A DNA stretch of 10,631 nt from a virus (lineage: Duplodnaviria > Heunggongvirae > Uroviricota > Caudoviricetes): IMG/VR virus record IMGVR_UViG_2703718802_000006. One strand, given 5' to 3'. Numbering within the stretch: the first letter of the stretch is position 1; each line of letters opens with the position of its first letter. Made by a program: the position numbers and the translations under genes. This document shows, in pieces, positions 7,059 through 10,631 of this stretch. A model generated the notes under the pieces. The model saw nothing but the letters and a program-made list of their open reading frames with translations, searched no databases and was not told the DNA's origin.

Positions 7059-8090
7059 TTAAGCAGTGATGGTGATCTTCACTTGCATACCTAACGCATG
7101 GTTCACTGGTAATGCGCTGTTTTCGTGCATAACGTGGTAAGCATCGCCGCGCTCGCTCAGGTAGCCCCAAGAGTAGTATTCAGCAGGTGCAGCATCGATC
7201 AGCGCGAAGTTGCCAGAGGCAGCGCCGTAGATGTTCTGATAAGCATTTGTGCCTTTACTGAATACCGGAACCGCCACCATGTCAGCATCATCTGGCATCT
7301 GTGCAAGGATCAGCGGATCTGTCACTTTAACAATGTCGATAGGCGCACCAGGTAGGCTAAACGTACTAACACCAGGGAGAAGCTCGTGACGCTGGTAGAA
7401 TAGGTTACGGTCGTCATATGGCGCTACATACTGGAACGCCTTAGACATACTGTCAGAGAAGCGAATCTGGCTAAATGCAGCAGGTTTAGCGAATACGATC
7501 ACTCGTTCAATCTGTCCAGCCAATCCACCTGCGGCAGCCTGAACTTTGTCTAAGATGGCATCAAAATCCTGTGCCGCTGTCGCTGTGCTCACGCTGGCTG
7601 TCATTGGCACCACACCGAACAGTTCAGCATAAGAGATCAGTAGGTCATCAGTTGCAGGCGTATAAACTTCACCTTTGAACAGAGCACGGGCCAGGTAGGA
7701 TTCACGGGTACGAAGATAGGCAATCTTATGTTTCCCTGTGTACTCGGTGTACAGGTCGGTAACGGTTTGCTCGTAGTCCGTGCCTTGCACCCTTTTCCCT
7801 TGTACGTCTACTGGTTTGAAGGTGTCTTCCCTCGCAAACCAAGGGATCTCCACCAAATATTCTTTACCATTCTGACGCGCGGTAGTGTCGTGGCTTGATG
7901 AATAACGACTCTGCGGGGTGTTAAACAGGCTGTAGTTATCATCCAGAAGCTGTGTCACCACCACTTTCGGATTCTGAACACCTACCCCGTCGAAGAGGTC
8001 GAGAGCATTCATAAGATAGTTACGTTCCGGCAGAGCCTGGAAGATTGGCGCTAAATCGACCATCTCACGCCCAATTGCGATTTTACTCAT
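7059..8090 (-). CDS. Major capsid protein, lambda gpE-like family, 343 aa
   Basis: AAGGAAG Shine-Dalgarno before the ATG at 8090. The size is typical of E-family capsid proteins. The central segment ESYLARALFKGEVYTP resembles the lambda E segment EMQAVSAVLKGKYTM. It sits directly after a small decoration-like gene, as in the lambda D-E order. Family assignment is by eye. Confidence 0.75.
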   Translation of the reverse strand: MSKIAIGREMVDLAPIFQALPERNYLMNALDLFDGVGVQNPKVVVTQLLDDNYSLFNTPQSRYSSSHDTTARQNGKEYLVEIPWFAREDTFKPVDVQGKRVQGTDYEQTVTDLYTEYTGKHKIAYLRTRESYLARALFKGEVYTPATDDLLISYAELFGVVPMTASVSTATAAQDFDAILDKVQAAAGGLAGQIERVIVFAKPAAFSQIRFSDSMSKAFQYVAPYDDRNLFYQRHELLPGVSTFSLPGAPIDIVKVTDPLILAQMPDDADMVAVPVFSKGTNAYQNIYGAASGNFALIDAAPAEYYSWGYLSERGDAYHVMHENSALPVNHALGMQVKITITA

Positions 8091-8106
8091 TATTTATCTT
8101 CCTTGA

Positions 8107-8466
8107 TTAAGAGGTGAAGAATGGACGGCATACGAACCCTTTGGATTCGAGCGTGGTGATAGCTGCGGCGTGATTAGCTGCGTGCAGGTTGTCGGCTTTC
8201 AGTGCTACGAAGCTGCCAACATTAGGCGCACGTAGGACATTCACGGTTTTACCGTCGCCAGCACTCACGAAATCACTTACCACCACAAAGGCATCATCGC
8301 CGGAGGTGTATAGAGCGCCATCAGCGCCGATAACATCGCCGCATTCAATATCTGCTGGCAGGTCGAAAACACGGCCTTCTACGACTGCAAAAGAATCAGT
8401 GGCGTAGCTCACTACGTCAGTGAAACTCTTACGAATTGGGAAAAGTTCGGTTAGGTCTACAATCAT
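8107..8466 (-). CDS. Head decoration protein-like (lambda gpD-type position and size), 119 aa
   Basis: ATGA start/stop overlap with the upstream 71-aa gene. It is a small Gly/Ala/Val/Asp-rich beta-type protein immediately upstream of the capsid gene. Function is inferred mainly from synteny and composition. Confidence 0.6.
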   Translation of the reverse strand: MIVDLTELFPIRKSFTDVVSYATDSFAVVEGRVFDLPADIECGDVIGADGALYTSGDDAFVVVSDFVSAGDGKTVNVLRAPNVGSFVALKADNLHAANHAAAITTLESKGFVCRPFFTS

Positions 8467-8678
8467 TGTTGTTTGATTTCCTTGGATTTGATTGCGATCC
8501 GTTCCTGCATACTAAGTTGAGGTGTGTCCTCAGAAGGGAAATACTGGTCTACAGCTTTTTCTATTTCTTCAACGGTACATCCTGCCATTTCAGCCACTTT
8601 AGCTATTAACTCAGGATTAACTTGAATCACTTCGGATTTGTATTTTAGGATTCGGTCGCGATTGTTTATTAAGAACAT
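8463..8678 (-). CDS. Hypothetical 71-aa acidic helical protein, first gene of the capsid cluster
   Basis: AAGGAA Shine-Dalgarno 8 nt before the ATG at 8678. It is coupled to the next gene by an ATGA overlap. It occupies the position of a scaffold-type gene, but I see no recognisable similarity. Confidence 0.6.
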   Translation of the reverse strand: MFLINNRDRILKYKSEVIQVNPELIAKVAEMAGCTVEEIEKAVDQYFPSEDTPQLSMQERIAIKSKEIKQQ

Positions 8679-8749
8679 TGTGTTGTTCCTTCGCGTTATA
8701 ACTGCGTTTATCCTTCCATTAATAACGGAAGTGTTACATGCAGATTGTT

Positions 8750-8771
8750 AAAAAGGGGCGATTAAGCCCCT
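8750..8771 (-). terminator. Rho-independent terminator ending the leader/ncRNA transcript
   Basis: Minus strand: A-GGGGC-uuaauc-GCCCC-U followed by UUUUU (8754-8750). This is a canonical GC stem plus U tract, 72 nt upstream of the 71-aa gene start. Confidence 0.7.
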
Positions 8772-9296
8772 GGAGAATATGCCCTTGTTAGAAAGCATTC
8801 TGTTAAAATCATTTTCGTTTCGGAGGATTATGATGTTAAAGAAAGGTTTCTTGAAAAAATGAAGGGCGCAACTGTTACGAATAACAGAAGTAGGATCGCC
8901 CGTCATTGCTCCCACTTCAAAACAGAAGCCCTTCTGTCATGGCGAGAAGTGGGAATGGAATTTCTTATCACCCTGGAATAGTAATAAGAGATTGCCAGCC
9001 TGAACGTAACTACCACTGACGGCGTTTATTCAGTCTGACTGCTTATAATCCTAACGGGGTTATAAGGTTTAGAGCACGGAATATGCTCTCTGAAAGAGAA
9101 TGTGCGCGGTGATTGTTCGTTACCACCCGACACAAGTGGGAACGCCCGCGCCACCCTTTGGAACTAAACACAACAAAGGAAAACAACCAGCTTTCAGAGA
9201 GGATATTCAATGGGAGAGAGCGCCGCCTATGGGAAACGGCATTCTCAGGGAGTGCGTATTGTTATACGAGGGTGGAGTGATTCTAATACCTACCCT
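8750..9296 (-). ncRNA. Candidate ~550-nt structured non-coding transcript (or long late-operon leader), family unknown
   Basis: Bounded by a near-consensus promoter and a clean terminator on the same strand. There is no convincing ORF on either strand. It contains many hairpins: 9255-9268, 9216-9246, 9104-9151, 9071-9089, 9042-9066, 8910-8954 (nested) and 8872-8887. The last has a UUCG loop only in the minus-strand sense. Confidence 0.5.
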
Positions 9297-9303
9297 ATAA
9301 CTT

Positions 9304-9332
9304 ATTATGACACAAATAGCACAATATGTCAA
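9304..9332 (-). promoter_or_regulatory. Near-consensus sigma70 promoter
   Basis: Minus strand: TTGACA (9332-9327), 17-nt spacer, CATAAT (9309-9304). The predicted start is near A9296/G9295. Confidence 0.65.
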
Positions 9333-9347
9333 GATATTTCGTAATAT

Positions 9348-9686
9348 TTATGTTATAGCGCATTCTTCCGCGATCTGGATGGCAAGCTCTCCGAGTTCAA
9401 CGGTGATGTGTTCCATAGCGAGGGCAAGCTCCTCCATATCATTGGCAATGCGCCACGCCTGATCCACGGTGACGGTATCCCCGTTCATCTGCACCAGGTG
9501 CTCTACAGCAGCATTCCAGTGTTCAAGGGCGGTGATTGCCTGTTCAGTGTATTGCAGCGCTTCCAGGAGCGCGGAGGGCGTTCTCTCACACCACGCCCTA
9601 TTAACAAGCCACAGGGCTGGTAGATGCCAAATATCGTGGAAATAGTTAATTAGGGTGTTCATGGTGTCCATAGTTTTATTATTCAT
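9348..9686 (-). CDS. Hypothetical 112-aa helical protein
   Basis: I chose the ATG at 9686 because it overlaps the stop of the upstream 127-aa gene (AACAATGAATAA). The 161-aa long form would overlap that gene by 155 nt. The sequence is rich in Ala/Glu/Leu helices. The stop is 15 nt upstream of the -35 element of the RNA promoter. Confidence 0.6.
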   Translation of the reverse strand: MNNKTMDTMNTLINYFHDIWHLPALWLVNRAWCERTPSALLEALQYTEQAITALEHWNAAVEHLVQMNGDTVTVDQAWRIANDMEELALAMEHITVELGELAIQIAEECAIT

Positions 9687-10062
9687 TGTTGTTTTCCTTG
9701 TCGTCAAAGAGAATATCAAAATCTTGTATGTGGTGAGATAAGCCGTTAGTTTGGGAATACCCCACCCAGTCAACATAGTTTTCTGCGTATAGCTGCCACT
9801 TCTTAAGATTCGATGAATCAACACGGTATTCACGGCGGCGGCGTGGTTTATAGAAGACGTTATCCGAAGATGCTAAAACATCCTGCAATAGTTCAAACTC
9901 TGCCCCTACGGGCACCGTTGCAGGGTATTCTATTATTTCGGTGATCCATTCTCCTGGAATAGACTCTCGTGCGAGGTCTTGTAGAGAAGAGGTGTATTTA
10001 CGTTTGCTGGCGCGAGTGGCTTTTTCGATTCTAACAATGTTACTTCGTTCTTTTCGTCCCAT
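9679..10062 (-). CDS. Hypothetical 127-aa protein (basic N-terminus, acidic C-terminus)
   Basis: GAGGAA Shine-Dalgarno 3-5 nt before the ATG at 10062. It is translationally coupled to the downstream gene. I recognise no motif. Confidence 0.65.
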   Translation of the reverse strand: MGRKERSNIVRIEKATRASKRKYTSSLQDLARESIPGEWITEIIEYPATVPVGAEFELLQDVLASSDNVFYKPRRRREYRVDSSNLKKWQLYAENYVDWVGYSQTNGLSHHIQDFDILFDDKENNNE

Positions 10063-10075
10063 TCATTCCTCGTAG

Positions 10076-10162
10076 AGGGAAACTTCCGTGTTTTCTCGTT
10101 AATGTCCATACTGCGTAAAATGCAAATAACCAATACATAGCGATGATCATAAAAGTTTCCCT
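10076..10162. repeat. 10-bp perfect inverted repeat with a 67-nt spacer
   Basis: AGGGAAACTT (10076-10085) and AAGTTTCCCT (10153-10162). They flank the intergenic region between the 94-aa and 127-aa genes. This could be an operator pair or a long-range RNA stem. Confidence 0.5.
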
Positions 10163-10171
10163 ATTGTGTGT

Positions 10172-10456
10172 TTAGAAATTAGAGTAGATAAATTCTACAT
10201 TGTCTCGTTCGATGTGTTTCAGCGTGAATGATAGATAATGGCTTTCATCGTCGATATCGATCACACCAATGTTGCGCAGCGCACGAAGCCAGAATCTGAT
10301 CCCGTTATCACTTACACTGGATTTATCAGATAGCTCTCCGTAAGAAATTTTAGTTTTTCTGCCCTTCCAGAACCAGATAAGCGCATAATAAACGCCCTTC
10401 CCGCTATCGTTGATCTGTATCTGGTTTGTGTTGTTCAATTTTATGTATTGTATCAA
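10172..10456 (-). CDS. Winged-helix-like DNA-binding protein, 94 aa, TTG start
   Basis: AGGAGG (10467-10462) plus a 5-nt spacer before the TTG at 10456. The segment ISYGELSDKSSVSDNGIRFWLRALRNIGVIDID reads as helix-turn-helix followed by a beta wing. Confidence 0.65.
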   Translation of the reverse strand: MIQYIKLNNTNQIQINDSGKGVYYALIWFWKGRKTKISYGELSDKSSVSDNGIRFWLRALRNIGVIDIDDESHYLSFTLKHIERDNVEFIYSNF

Positions 10457-10469
10457 TTAGTCCTCCTGA

Positions 10470-10601
10470 TTAGTTCCAGTGGCGTTGTATTGTGGCGATC
10501 CCTTTCTTCATTAGTTCAGCCGTTTGTCTTTGGGTCAATCCTTTGGATTTGTGTTCCTGTACTTCTTTACGGGTGTTGTTACCTTTAACTTTCTTTCTCA
10601 C
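10470..10601 (-). CDS. Possible 43-aa HTH peptide (…GLTQRQTAELMKKGIATIQRHWN), GTG start, or the 3' end of a gene interrupted by an in-frame TAG
   Basis: The HTH-like motif resembles Hin/resolvase-type C-terminal HTH domains. An in-frame TAG at 10607-10605 lies two codons upstream of the GTG. The frame upstream of the TAG is open to the window edge. There is no clear Shine-Dalgarno. Confidence 0.35.
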   Translation of the reverse strand: MRKKVKGNNTRKEVQEHKSKGLTQRQTAELMKKGIATIQRHWN

Positions 10602-10631
10602 TTTCTAGACTGGCCCCCTGAATCTCCAGAC

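Larger units (their letters stand above)
2857..10631. mobile_element. Integrative element (satellite-like or reduced prophage) inserted at a thrW-type att; its right end lies beyond the window
   Basis: tRNA fragment followed by an adjacent tyrosine integrase. GC drops abruptly relative to paoCD. It carries phage capsid-type genes, and all non-integrase genes are co-oriented on the minus strand. Confidence 0.7.

Noticed and set aside
6781-7170. ORFs 6781-7062 (+) and 6928-7170 (-) spanning the capsid-gene 3' end and the terminator region
   Set aside because: They run through the tandem terminator hairpins and overlap better-supported genes. Neither has an RBS.
5203-8407. + strand ORFs 5203-5424, 5909-6169, 6514-6780, 7125-7355 and 8189-8407
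   Set aside because: They are antisense to long, well-supported minus-strand structural genes and have no RBS.
8748-8906. 52-codon minus-strand ORF (MTGDPTSVIRNSCALHFFKKPFF…) in the 3' third of the candidate RNA
   Set aside because: The GGGAG lies only 2 nt from the ATG. The sequence is low-complexity and AT-driven, and the stop codon sits inside the terminator U tract. I cannot fully exclude a small protein, so conservation analysis should decide.
9217-9228. Lambda cosN-like 12-mer (minus strand AGGCGGCGCTCT versus my recollection of GGGCGGCGACCT, 9 of 12). Also a P2/P4 cos-like string at 8941-8959 (11 of 19 versus my recollection).
   Set aside because: The matches are partial and made from memory. 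No flanking cosB/cosQ-like organisation is evident. They are worth an alignment but not enough to call a packaging site.
9100-9300. 66-aa + strand ORF inside the ORF-poor gap
   Set aside because: It has no Shine-Dalgarno. Its Pro/Gly/Arg-rich composition is what a GC-rich structured region gives in any frame. It is antisense to the promoter/terminator-defined unit.
9348-9833. 161-aa long form overlapping the 127-aa gene by 155 nt
   Set aside because: A long out-of-frame overlap is unlikely. The internal ATG at 9686 overlaps the upstream stop in a typical coupling arrangement.
9933-10133. 66-aa minus-strand ORF overlapping the 127-aa gene start
   Set aside because: It has a non-ATG start without an RBS and overlaps out of frame with a better-supported gene. 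The separate 36-codon hydrophobic ORF in this region is reported as a low-confidence finding instead.
1-10631. CRISPR arrays, tandem-repeat antitoxin RNAs, IS elements, intact tRNA or rRNA genes
   Set aside because: I found no regularly spaced direct repeats, no transposase, and no complete tRNA cloverleaf. Only the tRNA-Thr 3' fragments at 2857-2924 are present.

Overview
All calls come from reading the sequence and the supplied translations by eye; no searches were run. The window spans a junction between an Escherichia-type chromosomal backbone and a lower-GC integrative element.

Backbone (1-2730, + strand): the C-terminal ~457 codons of paoC/yagR, then paoD/yagQ, then the chimeric yagP pseudogene.

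Element boundary: 2857-2875 is the reverse complement of the 3' end of a thrW-type tRNA-Thr, i.e. a displaced att fragment. A tyrosine integrase follows at 3015-4229 (+).

Everything else, out to the right edge, is on the minus strand. In transcription order:
- Small regulatory or unknown genes (10601-9348).
- A near-consensus sigma70 promoter (9332-9304).
- A ~550-nt hairpin-rich stretch with no convincing ORF, ending at a clean intrinsic terminator (8771-8750).
- With no recognisable promoter in between, a coupled 71-aa gene, a 119-aa decoration-like gene and a 343-aa lambda-E-like capsid gene (8678-7059).
- Tandem terminator hairpins.
- A 65-aa gene and a 623-aa coiled-coil tape-measure-like gene (6937-4882).
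- Another terminator.
- An AT-rich, self-contained two-gene cargo module next to the integrase (4730-4265): a 42-aa basic peptide and a 92-aa protein with a possible Cas2/VapD-like fold.

No terminase, portal, protease, tail or replication genes are visible in the ~7.8 kb of element shown. I read it as a capsid-encoding satellite-like element or a strongly reduced prophage.

The most unusual item is the promoter-RNA-terminator unit directly upstream of the capsid genes. It could be a new structured ncRNA, or a late leader that a helper-phage antiterminator reads through.
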